DNA of 63,977 nucleotides, filler included, from Sandaracinaceae bacterium (GCA_947483975.1; 3 parts of 3 records of this genome joined end to end with filler, not necessarily neighbours in it); one strand, 5' to 3'; shown: positions 11,978 through 22,214, numbered from the whole stretch's first letter. Numbers and translations are program-made. Notes: generated by a model from the letters alone, not told the origin.

Positions 11978-12859
11978 TCATCGGCTCTCCTCGCCGTAGG
12001 CGCAGCGAAACCCGAGCTGTACGTCGCGCGTGCCCTCGGGGGCCATGCCGCGGTAGGCGCTGCGGAGGGCGAACGACGGCGAGTCGAACGAGCCGCCGCG
12101 AAACACGCGCAGCGAGCCGACCGTGGGGCCCGTCGGATCGACGCGCGGCGAGGTCGAGTAGTACCCGCGGTCATACCAGTCGGCGACCCACTCGGACACA
12201 TTGCCCGCCAGGTCGAGGAGGCCGAACGGGCTCGCCCCATCCGGGTAGCTCGCGACGGGGGCGAGGAACGCGTAGCCATCGTCCGTCGCGCGCAGGGTGC
12301 GCACGAGCCGACCGTGGTTCGCGAGCCGACCGTCCCAGCCGCTGCCCCACGGGAACGTCCTGCCGGTCATCGCGGCCCGCGCTCCGCCCCGCGCTCCGCG
12401 CTCCCACTCGGCTTCCGTCGGGAGGCGCCCGCCGACGGACGCGCAGTACTGCTGCGCCTCGCGCTGCGAGACGCCGACCACCGGCAGCGTGCCGCCTGCG
12501 AGGCGCGCGTCCGTCGCGCCGACGACCGACGGCACACATTCGCCCGCGGCGACGCAGCGCGCATAGGCGTCCTGCGTCACCTCCGTGCGGTCGAGGCCAA
12601 ACGCCGAGACGCGCACCCGATGCGCCGGGGTCTCGGACGCGAAGAGCTCCTCCGTGCACTCTTGCTCGAGCGGCAACCCGTCGAGGTCGTGCCGGCAGAG
12701 GCGTATCGCCGCCTCGACGTCCTCGGGAGCGCTGCCCATGACGACCTCACCCGCGGGGACGCGCACCACCGCGGGCAAGCGCACGCGGAGCGGCGTCGAG
12801 CCCGCCGCGAGCAGCGGCGCGAGCGCGAGCAAGGCGGCGACGCGGCGGAGTCGGAGCAC
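11978..12859 (-). CDS. SUMF1/FGE-sulfatase domain protein
   Basis: MGS, TEVT, PVVGVS, RLPTEAEWE, GLLDLAGNVSEW, RGGSF, GFRCA. Confidence 0.92.
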   Translation of the reverse strand: MLRLRRVAALLALAPLLAAGSTPLRVRLPAVVRVPAGEVVMGSAPEDVEAAIRLCRHDLDGLPLEQECTEELFASETPAHRVRVSAFGLDRTEVTQDAYARCVAAGECVPSVVGATDARLAGGTLPVVGVSQREAQQYCASVGGRLPTEAEWERGARGGARAAMTGRTFPWGSGWDGRLANHGRLVRTLRATDDGYAFLAPVASYPDGASPFGLLDLAGNVSEWVADWYDRGYYSTSPRVDPTGPTVGSLRVFRGGSFDSPSFALRSAYRGMAPEGTRDVQLGFRCAYGEESR

Positions 12860-12887
12860 GGTGAGAGGACCGTAGCAGGCGCAGCGT

Positions 12888-13664
12888 TCAGGCGCGGACA
12901 GCGCCGCGAGCGCGCGCGAGCCACGAGGCAGCAGCGAGCGCGACGAGCACGCCGACGAGCTGAGAGGTCGAGACGCCGAGCACGACGCCGCGCACCGCGT
13001 CGCCGCGCAGGGGCTCGAGCGCGACGCGGAGCACGCCGTAGAGGAGCGCGTAGAGCGCGAAGCGCGCGCCGGGTGCCCTCGAGGCGAGGCGAGCGCTCGG
13101 CACGAGCGCGACGAGCGCCGCGATCAGCACGAGCGCCGCGCCCTCGTAGAGCGGCCATGGGTGGCGCGCGAGCATCGGATGAGCCGCGGGCGCGCGGAGG
13201 TCCGTGTACGTCACGGCGAGCGGCCCGTCCGACGGCGCGCCGTAGCAGCAGCCCCCGAGAAAGCAGCCGACGCGACCGAGGGCGTGCCCGAGCGGGAGCG
13301 CGGGCGCGGCGCTGTCCGCGAGCGTCGCGAGGGGCAAGCGCAGCCTCCGCGCGGCGACGACGAACGCGCCGATGCCGCCGAGCAAGCCGCCGAGGAACAC
13401 GCGCCCGCCCGTCGTCACGGCGACGAGCAGGTCGCCCGTGCGCACCGCCTCGACGACGACGAAGAGCAGCCACGCGCCGGCGAGCGCCCCGCCGATCCCG
13501 ACCGCGAGCGCCGCGACGACGCGCCCCGGATCGAGGTGCACGCGCACCGCGCGGCGAACGAAGAGCGCCCCGCCGACGAGCAGCGCGAGCGCGAAGAGCA
13601 CGCCATACGAGCCGATCGGGCGCGTGCCTCCAGGCACGGGCAGCTCGTACAGCACCGGGTACAT
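12888..13664 (-). CDS. lgt: Prolipoprotein diacylglyceryl transferase family protein
   Basis: MYPVL...SYG, GRVGCFLGGCCYG, HPWPLYE, R...EPLRGD, STSQ. Confidence 0.85.
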   Translation of the reverse strand: MYPVLYELPVPGGTRPIGSYGVLFALALLVGGALFVRRAVRVHLDPGRVVAALAVGIGGALAGAWLLFVVVEAVRTGDLLVAVTTGGRVFLGGLLGGIGAFVVAARRLRLPLATLADSAAPALPLGHALGRVGCFLGGCCYGAPSDGPLAVTYTDLRAPAAHPMLARHPWPLYEGAALVLIAALVALVPSARLASRAPGARFALYALLYGVLRVALEPLRGDAVRGVVLGVSTSQLVGVLVALAAASWLARARGAVRA

Positions 13665-13670
13665 CGTCGC

Positions 13671-14282
13671 TCAGCTCGGCGGCGGGACGGGCCTCGGCCG
13701 ACTCGAAGCCCCGGAGGGGAGGCCGCGCGACGCGCTGTCCGAGGCGCTGCTCGGCACGAGCGGCGGAGGCGGGAACGCGGGCGGAGGCGGAGCGTTTGGA
13801 TCCGGCGGTGGAGCGACCTCGACCGCGGCATCGGGATCGGCGTCGAGCGCGTCGTCGGCGTCCGAGTCCGCGCCGAGATCGAGCGCGTCGACGGGCCCCG
13901 CGTCGCGGCGCACGAGCCAAGGAGGCGGGTTCCCGCTCCCCGAGGTCCACGAATACGACAGCCCGCCGTCGCCTCGATTGTGCGGGCCCGCGACCATGCC
14001 CGCCGTGCAGAGCGCGTTGCAGAGCCCGCAGGTGAGCGCGAAGATCAGCCCAAAAAGAAAGGCGATGATCGACACGATCATCCCCGCCATGCCCGTGCCG
14101 CCCGACTCGCCCTCGGCCTTCGCGCGCGACATCGCGATGCCGCCGAGCACGGCGCCGACGAGCGCGACGACGGGCGCGCCGAACGACAGCACGCTCCCGA
14201 CGCCGGGCAGCCACGTCAGCAGAATGCCGCCGAACATCATCAGCAGGGACACGACCCCAAGCACGATCGAGCCGACGCCCAT
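13671..14282 (-). CDS. Membrane protein with acidic/Pro-rich C-terminal tail
   Basis: Three hydrophobic segments followed by a low-complexity tail. Confidence 0.65.
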   Translation of the reverse strand: MGVGSIVLGVVSLLMMFGGILLTWLPGVGSVLSFGAPVVALVGAVLGGIAMSRAKAEGESGGTGMAGMIVSIIAFLFGLIFALTCGLCNALCTAGMVAGPHNRGDGGLSYSWTSGSGNPPPWLVRRDAGPVDALDLGADSDADDALDADPDAAVEVAPPPDPNAPPPPAFPPPPLVPSSASDSASRGLPSGASSRPRPVPPPS

Positions 14283-14388
14283 GGGGGCGAGAGTCGCATC
14301 CACGCGCGGCACGTCAAGCCCGGTCGCGCGGCGCGTCGAGCCTCTCCGCGCGGCAGAGCCCGCGCTTGCCTGCTAGGCTCGCGCGCCC

Positions 14389-15369
14389 ATGCCACCGACT
14401 CCCGCAGAAAAAGGGCGCAAGAAGCGTCTGCCGAAGAAGAGCGCGGAGCCCATGCACGCGGGGCGCTGCGCGATCATCGGTCGCCCGAACGTGGGCAAGT
14501 CCACGCTCCTGAACGCCCTCCTCAAGCAGAAGCTCGCCATCGTCGCGAGCAAGCCGCAGACGACGCGCACCCACATCTTGGGCGTGTATCTCGGCGCGGA
14601 GCCTCCGACGCAGATCGCGTTCCTCGACACGCCCGGGCTCCATCGCCCGAAGAACGCGCTCGGACGCGCGCTCGTCGAGTCCGCGAAGGGCGCGCTCGAG
14701 GGGGCGGAGGTCACGCTGATGCTCGTCGAGGCGCCGTCGCGCCCGAGCGCAGAGCCGCCGACGGCGCCGAGCGCGGAGGACTCCGAGGTGCTCGCGATGG
14801 TGAAGGCGTCGGGCCGCCCGGCGATCCTCTGCATCAACAAGATCGACCGCCTCGCCAAGAAAGAGGCGCTCTTCCCGCTCCTCGAGATGTGGGCGAAGCA
14901 GCACGCTTTCGCCGCGCTCGTGCCGATCTCGGCGAAGGAGGGCTCCAACCTCGAGGCGCTGATCACCGAGATCCGCGGGCATCTGCCGGAGGGTCGGCTC
15001 TACGAGGACGACGACTTCGTCACCGACCGACCGGAGCGCTTCTTCGTGTCGGAGCTCGTGCGCGAGCAGGTCATCAAGTACACGCGCCAAGAGGTGCCGC
15101 ACTCGGTCGCGGTGCTCGTCGACGGCTTCTCCGACGAGGGCAAGCTCGTGCGCATCGACGCGACCGTGATCGTCGAGAAGGCGACGCAGAAGAAGATCGT
15201 CATCGGCTCGCAGGGCTCGATGATCAAGGCGATCGGCACGGACGCGCGCGGGCAGATCGAGCGGATGCTCGGCAAGCAAGTGATGCTGCGCCTCTGGGTG
15301 AAGGTCGTAGCCGATTGGACAGACAACGACGCGCGCGTGCGTGACGTCATCCGCGAAGGACACGCATGA
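14389..15369 (+). CDS. era: GTPase Era
   Basis: [24 protein letters not shown] and a KH domain. Confidence 0.97.
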   Translation: MPPTPAEKGRKKRLPKKSAEPMHAGRCAIIGRPNVGKSTLLNALLKQKLAIVASKPQTTRTHILGVYLGAEPPTQIAFLDTPGLHRPKNALGRALVESAKGALEGAEVTLMLVEAPSRPSAEPPTAPSAEDSEVLAMVKASGRPAILCINKIDRLAKKEALFPLLEMWAKQHAFAALVPISAKEGSNLEALITEIRGHLPEGRLYEDDDFVTDRPERFFVSELVREQVIKYTRQEVPHSVAVLVDGFSDEGKLVRIDATVIVEKATQKKIVIGSQGSMIKAIGTDARGQIERMLGKQVMLRLWVKVVADWTDNDARVRDVIREGHA

Positions 15370-16865
15370 CCCGCAAGCGCCATCGAATGAGCGACGAGCA
15401 GCAAGAGGCCGTCGAGGTCGCGGCCGTCGCCGCCGCAGAAGAGACTCCCCAAGACGCCGGTGAGGTCGCGCGCGCGTCGCGCGGCAAGCGTCGTCGCGCG
15501 ATGGGCCCGCTGCCCGCGGGCGCCGTGTTCGCGCGGCCGCTCGTCGCCATCGTGGGCCGCCCCAACGTCGGCAAGAGCACGCTCTTCAACCGCCTCGCGG
15601 GGCGGCGCATCGCCATCGTCGAGGACACCCCCGGCGTCACGCGCGACCGGCACTACGCCGACACGCTGATGTACGGGCGCGAGATCGTGCTCGTCGACAC
15701 CGGCGGCTTCGATCCCGACAGCGACGATCCGATGATGGGCAGCATCGCGCGGCAGGTGCGCCTCGCGCTCGCCGAGTGCGATCTCGTCATCTGCGTGCTC
15801 GACGCGACGATGGAGCCGCAGCCCGCGGACCGCGAGGCGGTGCGCCTGCTGCGCAACACCCAGAAGCCCGTCATCTACGTCACGAACAAGAGCGACACGC
15901 CGCGGCTCGCGCTCGAGGCGAACAGCTACTACCAGCTCGGGATCAAGGAATTGCTGCCCGTCTCGGCCCTCCACGGGCACGGCACGGGCGACCTCGAGGA
16001 GGCCGTGCTCGCGGCGCTCCCCGAGGGCGAGCCCCTCGCGACGATGCCGATGATCGACGGCGTCGCGCGCGTCGCGATCACCGGCAAGCCCAACGCGGGC
16101 AAGTCCTCGCTCGTCAATCGGCTGCTCGGCGAAGAGCGGCAGATCGTCGATGATCGCCCCGGCACGACCGTCGACGCCGTCGACGCGCTCTACGAGAAGA
16201 ACGGCAAGCGGCTCGTGCTGATCGACACGGCCGGTATCCGCCGAAAGAGCAACGTCGACGAGAGCGTCGAGTCGCTCGCCGTGCTGCAGGCGATTCGCTC
16301 GATGGAGCGCAGCGATCTCGTCGTGCTCCTGCTCGACGCGAGCGTGGGAGTCGCCGAGCAAGACGCGAAGATCATCGGGCTCGCCGAGGACCGCGGCCGC
16401 GCGATCATCCTCGCGCTCAACAAGTGTGATCTGCTGAGCGACGAGCAGCAGAAGCTCGCCGTGACCAAGGCGCGCGACGTGCTCGCGTTCGTGCCGTGGG
16501 CGCCGCTGCTGCGCATCAGCGCGAAGTCAGGGCGCGGCGTCGCCAAGCTCGTGACGACGATCGAGAGCGTCGTCGCGGCGCACGGGCGGCGCGTGACGAC
16601 TGCCCAGCTCAATCGCTTCTTCGAGGAGGTCCTCGACCGGCACCCGCCGCCGGTGCACCGCGGCAAGCCGGTGCGCCTCTACTACATCACGCAGACGCAG
16701 GTCTCGCCGCCGACCTTCATGATCATCGCGAACTACCCCGACGCGGTGCACTTCTCGTATCAGCGCTACGTCGTGAACCAGATCCGCGAGACGTTCGGCT
16801 TCGAGGGCACGCCGGTGCGCGTGTACTACAAGCCGAAGCGCAAGAAGGAGATCGGCGCGGTCTGA
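15366..16865 (+). CDS. der: Ribosome biogenesis GTPase Der/EngA
   Basis: Two G domains ([25 protein letters not shown]) and C-terminal FGFEGTP. Start may be 15387. Confidence 0.97.
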   Translation: MTRKRHRMSDEQQEAVEVAAVAAAEETPQDAGEVARASRGKRRRAMGPLPAGAVFARPLVAIVGRPNVGKSTLFNRLAGRRIAIVEDTPGVTRDRHYADTLMYGREIVLVDTGGFDPDSDDPMMGSIARQVRLALAECDLVICVLDATMEPQPADREAVRLLRNTQKPVIYVTNKSDTPRLALEANSYYQLGIKELLPVSALHGHGTGDLEEAVLAALPEGEPLATMPMIDGVARVAITGKPNAGKSSLVNRLLGEERQIVDDRPGTTVDAVDALYEKNGKRLVLIDTAGIRRKSNVDESVESLAVLQAIRSMERSDLVVLLLDASVGVAEQDAKIIGLAEDRGRAIILALNKCDLLSDEQQKLAVTKARDVLAFVPWAPLLRISAKSGRGVAKLVTTIESVVAAHGRRVTTAQLNRFFEEVLDRHPPPVHRGKPVRLYYITQTQVSPPTFMIIANYPDAVHFSYQRYVVNQIRETFGFEGTPVRVYYKPKRKKEIGAV

Positions 16866-16972
16866 GCGAGAAGGCCCAAGCGGCGCAAATCCGCCGATCA
16901 TCGCGGACAGCCCCCGTCGCGCTGCGCACTACCATCGTGGACGCCACGGTCCCGTCGTGTCAGCGTGACGCC

Positions 16973-17749
16973 ATGGCTACCCCGACGTTTAGGCTCGCTC
17001 AGGGGGACGCCGTGGAGTGGCTTCGGACGCTGCCCACGGAGTCAGTGAATCTCGTCATCACAGACCCGCCCTACGAGTCTCTCGAGAAGCACCGTGCGGT
17101 GGGCACGACCACACGTCTGAAGCACTCGAAGAGTTCGAGCAACGACTGGTTCTCGATCTTCCCAAACAGTCGGTTTGAGGAGCTGTTCGAGGAGCTGTAT
17201 CGCGTGCTCGAGCGCAACTCCCATCTCTATCTGTTCTGCGATCCAGAGACCGCGTTCGTCGCAAAACCGATTGGTGAAGCGGCGGGATTCAAGTTCTGGA
17301 AACCGCTCGTTTGGGACAAGAAGAAGATTGGTATGGGCTACCACTACCGCGCTCGGTACGAGTTCATCCTGTTCTTCGAGAAGGGCAAACGGAAGCTTCA
17401 CAATCTCGGCATCCCCGACATCATCGAAGTGCCGCGGGTCCACAACGGCTATCCGACCGAGAAACCGGTGGCCGTGAGCGAGGTTCTGATCACACAGAGC
17501 ACCGAACCTGGGGCGATCGTCATCGATCCCTTCATGGGCTCTGGCTCGGTCGGGTGCGCAGCAGTGACCCATCATTGCAGTTTCTGGGGTAACGACCTCG
17601 GAGCGCAGGCCGGCACGGTCACGCGTGGCCGTCTCCTCGCGCTCGGCGCGAGCGAGGACCTCGACGTGTCTGCCGAACCGCCGGGACGTAGGGCGCGGCG
17701 AGCAAAGGTGACGGACCAACTGGCGCTGCAAATCGAGCCGCGCCGATGA
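16973..17749 (+). CDS. Amino-DNA methyltransferase (N4-C/N6-A, beta class)
   Basis: TDPPY (motif IV) precedes PTEKP and DPFMGSG (motif I). Confidence 0.92.
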   Translation: MATPTFRLAQGDAVEWLRTLPTESVNLVITDPPYESLEKHRAVGTTTRLKHSKSSSNDWFSIFPNSRFEELFEELYRVLERNSHLYLFCDPETAFVAKPIGEAAGFKFWKPLVWDKKKIGMGYHYRARYEFILFFEKGKRKLHNLGIPDIIEVPRVHNGYPTEKPVAVSEVLITQSTEPGAIVIDPFMGSGSVGCAAVTHHCSFWGNDLGAQAGTVTRGRLLALGASEDLDVSAEPPGRRARRAKVTDQLALQIEPRR

Positions 17750-18207
17750 CTGGAGCCGAGTACGCCGACCGTGTGGCCCACTACATCGTATCGAACTTCG
17801 AGAGCCGCGGGCTCCACGTCTACCGCGAAGCAAACCTCGGCAAGACCATCATCGGCAAGAACCGGCGCGTCGATATCTTGGTGATAGAGCAAGCGACGCG
17901 GAAAGCGCTCGCCATCGAGTGCAAGTACCAAGAAACCGCCGGAACGGTGGACGAGAAGATACCCTACGCGCTGCACGATCTCGAAGCGATCGGTATGCCC
18001 GTGTGCCTCACCTACGCAGGGCACGGCTTTTCCGAGGGTGTACTCCATATGCTCGCGGCGGCACCGATCGCAGCAGCGTGTTTGCCCAGCGAGGAACTCA
18101 CGCGCACGAATGAAACCCGGGAGCTCGATGTTGCCCTCGCGCTGACGTTCTTGTGGTGGGACCTCGTCATCCGCGACAAGGAGCGGGTCCAGCTACCGCG
18201 CAAATAG
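17746..18207 (+). CDS. PD-(D/E)XK nuclease, putative restriction endonuclease
   Basis: E...RRVDIL...IECKYQ-x3-GTVDEK; ATGA-coupled to the MTase. Confidence 0.75.
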   Translation: MTGAEYADRVAHYIVSNFESRGLHVYREANLGKTIIGKNRRVDILVIEQATRKALAIECKYQETAGTVDEKIPYALHDLEAIGMPVCLTYAGHGFSEGVLHMLAAAPIAAACLPSEELTRTNETRELDVALALTFLWWDLVIRDKERVQLPRK

Positions 18208-18506
18208 CCCTGACTTCGCTCGCGGGAAGTGGAAGCCGTGTGGACGTCGGACGGGGCTGCACCGCAGGTGGAGCGAGGCACGGCGGGGGTGACTGGGTCG
18301 CCCTCGCGCTCGGACGCTGCTGGTACGTGCGCAAGAGAACAGCGCGGCGCGAAGCGCTCTGTGGCGCAGCGCGTCGGCGGCCGCTGCGGTTGACGTAGGG
18401 CGGCAGCTCGACACCGCGGTCGAGGATCGCCATGGCGCCGCCGTGCTCGACGTGTGCGGACAGCCACGCGTGATCAACCCTAGGAAGCAAGCAGTCATGG
18501 GCGTGC

Positions 18507-19082
18507 TTGGTGGTACGAGACGCGACCGCCGACCGCAAGCTACATATGGTGATCAACAAGGCTGGCTTCGGGCATCAGGGCGAGTTCCTCGCGGTCGAGT
18601 GGGCTCGGTGGAATGACCTGATCGGCCTGAATATGCTGGCGCTCACGGACCTCTCGTACCGCCTCGGGCGGCACCTCCGCGACCATGGGGAGCGCTCGTA
18701 TCTCGTCAACAGCGCGAGCATCGGCGCGTATCAGCCGGTGCCCAACTTCGCAGTCTATGCGGCGTCGAAGGCCTCTGTGCGTGACTTCAGCGAGGCGATC
18801 GCGTTCGAGCTCGGGGACGGGAAGCTGTCGGTCACGTGCGTGTGCCCGGGGGCGACGCGCACGGAGTTCGCGGACGCCGCCGGCATGAAGCTGAACGCGA
18901 TGGCCGACGCCGCGATGCAGAGCAGCGAGTCCTGCGTGCGGGAGGCGCTGAGCGCGACGTTCGCCGGGCGGCGCCTGGTCGTGACGGGCGCGCTGAACAA
19001 GGTCATCACGTTCCTGACACGCTTTTCGCCGCGGTGGCTCTCGGCGCGCCTCGCTGAGCGCTCGATGCGGCCGCTGAGTTGA
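18507..19082 (+). pseudogene. 5'-truncated SDR oxidoreductase
   Basis: INKAGFG, YAASKA and CPGATRTEF are present; the N-terminal TGxxxGxG Rossmann motif is missing. Confidence 0.75.
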
Positions 19083-19374
19083 GTTTGTTGAGGGGGTGAG
19101 TTGCGGCGCGCGCTCACTGCGCGAAGAGAGCCATCACTTCCGCGGGCGGCGGTCGGCTCGGAGGGCGCGCGGAGGGCGAAGACGTTGTCGTGCCGGCCGG
19201 AGGAGGTCCAGCGGACGAGCGCTGCCGGGGCGCCGTGCACGCACGCGTGCAGCCCGCGCGCGGCGGCGGGCGAGCGCTCGCTGGTAGCCAAGGAGTCACC
19301 GCGAGGCTCCCGCGTGAGCGGGGTCAACTCCCACTCTCCGCGGTGAAGCGGTGGGCGCACGTTGGGCGCAGGGG

Positions 19375-19920
19375 TCAGAAGCGGACCGACTCGACGAAGC
19401 TGATGCCCGCGACGAGGCTCAAGAAGAAGTCGCACTCCCCCTCTGCGGGGCGGCATTCGAGGTCGCTCCGGAGGCCGAGCGTCCACGCGGTGCTGTCGTG
19501 CGCGGTGACCATGAGCATGTCGGTATCGGTCTCGGCGGGCGAGAATCGCAGTCCGAAGTCGAGCGAGGTGTTCAGCGCGAACCAGAAGTTCGAGTCGCGC
19601 ACGGTGAACGCGATGGGCGCGAAGCCGAGGCGCGCATACGGCGCGAGGGCGCTGTCTCCGACGAGGCTCACGTTCGGACCGAGGGCGACGTTCACGTAGT
19701 CACCCGTCGCGCGCAGGGTCGCGTCGGCGCCGAGGAACAGCGGTCCGCCGACGCCTGCATGACCCGAGATCACGCCGCCGACGGGGAGATGCCCTCTGGG
19801 GTTCGTCAGCGCATAAACGCCGCCGTTGGCTGAGAACGTCATGCCGCATGCGGACAGCGGCGCAACGACGACGAGGAGGAGCAGCGCCGCGCTCCGAATC
19901 GCAAAGTGGATCCGCGGCAT
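19375..19920 (-). CDS. Hypothetical beta-rich lipoprotein (possible outer-membrane protein)
   Basis: MPRIH... signal with LSAC, alternating beta-strand pattern, ends in F. Confidence 0.65.
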   Translation of the reverse strand: MPRIHFAIRSAALLLLVVVAPLSACGMTFSANGGVYALTNPRGHLPVGGVISGHAGVGGPLFLGADATLRATGDYVNVALGPNVSLVGDSALAPYARLGFAPIAFTVRDSNFWFALNTSLDFGLRFSPAETDTDMLMVTAHDSTAWTLGLRSDLECRPAEGECDFFLSLVAGISFVESVRF

Positions 19921-19942
19921 GAAGGGGTTTTGCGGCTTCACC

Positions 19943-20104
19943 ATTGGTAGATCCTGCTCTTTCGAGTGATGAACTTCATCAGTGAAAGGGCAGGCCCCCC
20001 TTTCAAACCGTGCGTGCGAATTTCCCGCACACGGCTTACCGATGGTCTCTCGGGACGCAGCATTACGGGGCCTCCGGGTAGCGGACGGTGCCGGCGCGTA
20101 GTCC
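19943..20104 (-). mobile_element. 5'-truncated group II intron: end of the IEP ORF plus domains V and VI
   Basis: Minus-strand AAGCCGTGTGCGGGAAATTCGCACGCACGGTTT (domain V with AGC triad and GAAA loop), a domain VI hairpin with bulged A, terminal ...ACCAAT, and remnant codons GTVRYPEAP*. Confidence 0.88.
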
Positions 20105-20139
20105 ATCCGAACGCCCGACGCATCGCTTCTCCGTGTTGT

Positions 20140-20454
20140 TACGCTCGCGAGCCCGTGGAGCCGGATGGTTTCGCGCGCCACTACGAAGACGCGGCGCACA
20201 TCATCCGCTCGCTCGATCGCCTGCCCGCGATCGAGCAGTCACCCCGCGCCCTCGCTGACGACATGCTGCGCGAGAAGGACATCGCAGAGATGCCGAGCGA
20301 CGACGAGCCCGCGCTCGTACTCCCCGACGCCGCACCACGAGCGGCGGTCGACCGCGCGCTCGCCCGGATCTCGACGATGTTCTGGGGCCCGCGTGTTCCC
20401 GTAGACGAAGCGCGCGCGACGATCCGAGAGTGGATTCGCGGGAACCTCGCGTGA
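20140..20454 (+). pseudogene. C-terminal fragment of an AbiEii/AbiGii-like nucleotidyltransferase toxin
   Basis: 'FARHYEDAAHII...MFWGPRVPVDEARATIREW' resembles AbiEii C-termini (RHxYD); no N-terminal catalytic domain. Confidence 0.55.
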
Positions 20455-20604
20455 AGAAGCGGCTCCTCATGAGGAGCGGCTTGCGGACCCATTCTCAACG
20501 CGCTCGGCGGGACAGATTCTCTCTGCTCGCCACCGTCACGCGAACGCCGACGGATCCCAGAATTGTCGAACGCGAGCCGGGACGACGCCTCGGTTTCGCG
20601 CTGT

Positions 20605-20636
20605 CCCGCGACGGGCGTGGGGCCTCCCGTCGCGGG
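20605..20636. terminator. 11-bp GC hairpin downstream of the DUF1566 gene
   Basis: CCCGCGACGGG-N10-CCCGTCGCGGG. Confidence 0.5.
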
Positions 20637-20648
20637 CTCCGTACTCGC

Positions 20649-22190
20649 TCAAGGATGGCAGATGTGCAAGGCGGTGTCGCAGGTGAGCGTCGCGGGACAA
20701 TCGGTGCCTGTGTTGCAGGTCGGGACGCATACGGACGATCCCATGGGGGTGACCGAGCAGGTGCAACCCAGCGAGCCCGACGGGCAGGCGCCCGCCGCGT
20801 CGCACTCTGCTTGGACGGTGCAGCTCGTCGGGCCCGCGGACTCACCGTTGAGCGAGTCGATGCTGAAGTAGCCGAGGGCCCTGCCAAAGGCGACATAGAC
20901 GGCGGCGCCTCCCGTGATGGTATGCGACGCGTCCATCGACTGGTGGGTAGTTCCGCTCCAGTACCACGGATAGTCCGGAGTCCCGGCCTCGTCGGTGATG
21001 GTGGAGGTGTTGAAGAGCGGATCGAGCGCCGGCGAGTCCGTGGTCGACGGCGAGCGCGCGTAGTCCACGAGGCTCTGCAGCTCCTTGGCGTTCGGCAGGC
21101 GCCAGTCGGCGTGTCCCTTGTAGTTCTCGGCGTTTCGCGCCTGCACCCACGCGAGGGCCTCCTGCCAGTTGAGCCCTGCCGCGCTGTCGTCCCTGTCCCA
21201 CATCAGGCCAGTGGCCGCGTCTGAGATCGTCCCGTCACCGACGTCGGAGAAACTGTTTTGGCCGTAGCTGCCATCGCCGCCACGGACGTACTTGACGAAG
21301 AAGGTCATGTCCCAGTTCTCCGTGGGCAGCACGACGGTCTCCTGCGGATAGGCCTTGATGCGTCCGTCTGCGAGGTTCAGCCCGAACGCCCTTCTCATCA
21401 GCGCGCGGTCGCTGACGCACTCGGTGGAGGAGGCGTATTGCGCGTCGATGAGGCGGTCGTTGATGTGGGTCGCGCTGGTGCCTGGGCCGTATTCGAACGT
21501 GAAGGCGCTCGTGTCGAGGAACGGGATGTCGGATCCGTCCGCGAGGCCCGAGGGATCGGTGCCCGCGAAGTTCATCAGGGAATACAGCTCCTTGATGCTC
21601 GGCAGCCGCCAGTCCGAGTGACCACCGACTCTGCACGACGACGCGCCGGCGGCGGCATCTGCATAGATCATCTTCGCGCCGGACTCCTTGATCCACATGA
21701 GGCCAGTGAGGTTGTCGGTGACGGTGCCGTCCCCGTTGTCCGTATAGGACGCTTGAAGCCCGGTGTAGGCGGCGTCTTGCCCATAGAAGGCCGCGCCGGC
21801 GACGGGCGCAGTGATCTCCGAGGCGTTGTCGAAGTGCCGAGTCTGGCCGGTGTCGATGATCGGATAGGTGTTGGACGCAGTGGATTCCCCGCGGACGAGA
21901 CGGACATGGTTGTAGATGCGGACGGCGTCGCCCTGCGGCCCGCGCCCCTCGGGGAAGTCCGCCGGGTCCCCGGCTTTCGGGTCGCTGCGCTGCGCGCCGG
22001 CGCCGTGCACGTCGAGCCAGGATTTCATGGGGCCGGGCGGACCCGCGTCGGCGCCGACGCCGGCGTCAACACCGCTGTCCGTGCCGGCGTCAGTGCCCGG
22101 TTTGGAGCTCGACGGACCTGGGTCGCACGCCGAAAGCGCCAGCGCCGCCGAGGCCAGCATCAGACTCGCGATCGAAGTTCGGTGCATCAT
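20649..22190 (-). CDS. DUF1566 (Lcl C-terminal) double-domain lipoprotein, apparently circularly permuted
   Basis: LSAC lipobox; two DxxDGT-x2-D-x2-TGLMW...DWRLP-x2-KEL units; Cys-rich tail. Confidence 0.9.
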   Translation of the reverse strand: MMHRTSIASLMLASAALALSACDPGPSSSKPGTDAGTDSGVDAGVGADAGPPGPMKSWLDVHGAGAQRSDPKAGDPADFPEGRGPQGDAVRIYNHVRLVRGESTASNTYPIIDTGQTRHFDNASEITAPVAGAAFYGQDAAYTGLQASYTDNGDGTVTDNLTGLMWIKESGAKMIYADAAAGASSCRVGGHSDWRLPSIKELYSLMNFAGTDPSGLADGSDIPFLDTSAFTFEYGPGTSATHINDRLIDAQYASSTECVSDRALMRRAFGLNLADGRIKAYPQETVVLPTENWDMTFFVKYVRGGDGSYGQNSFSDVGDGTISDAATGLMWDRDDSAAGLNWQEALAWVQARNAENYKGHADWRLPNAKELQSLVDYARSPSTTDSPALDPLFNTSTITDEAGTPDYPWYWSGTTHQSMDASHTITGGAAVYVAFGRALGYFSIDSLNGESAGPTSCTVQAECDAAGACPSGSLGCTCSVTPMGSSVCVPTCNTGTDCPATLTCDTALHICHP

Positions 22191-22214
22191 GGGAAGCCCT
22201 ACACTCGGGGGGCG

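Noticed and set aside
19090..19340. Weak inverted ends (GGTGAGTTG / CAACTCCC) as a MITE
   Set aside because: The match is too short and imperfect, and no target-site duplication was found.
19300..19370. GCCCAAC after the lipoprotein stop (minus strand) as an integron attC site
   Set aside because: No convincing L boxes or matching GTTRRRY, no second copy and no integrase.
19921..20199. N-terminal extension of ORF 19375-20199 (GKPCAGNSHARFERG)
   Set aside because: This is translated group II intron domain V; the real gene probably starts at 19920.
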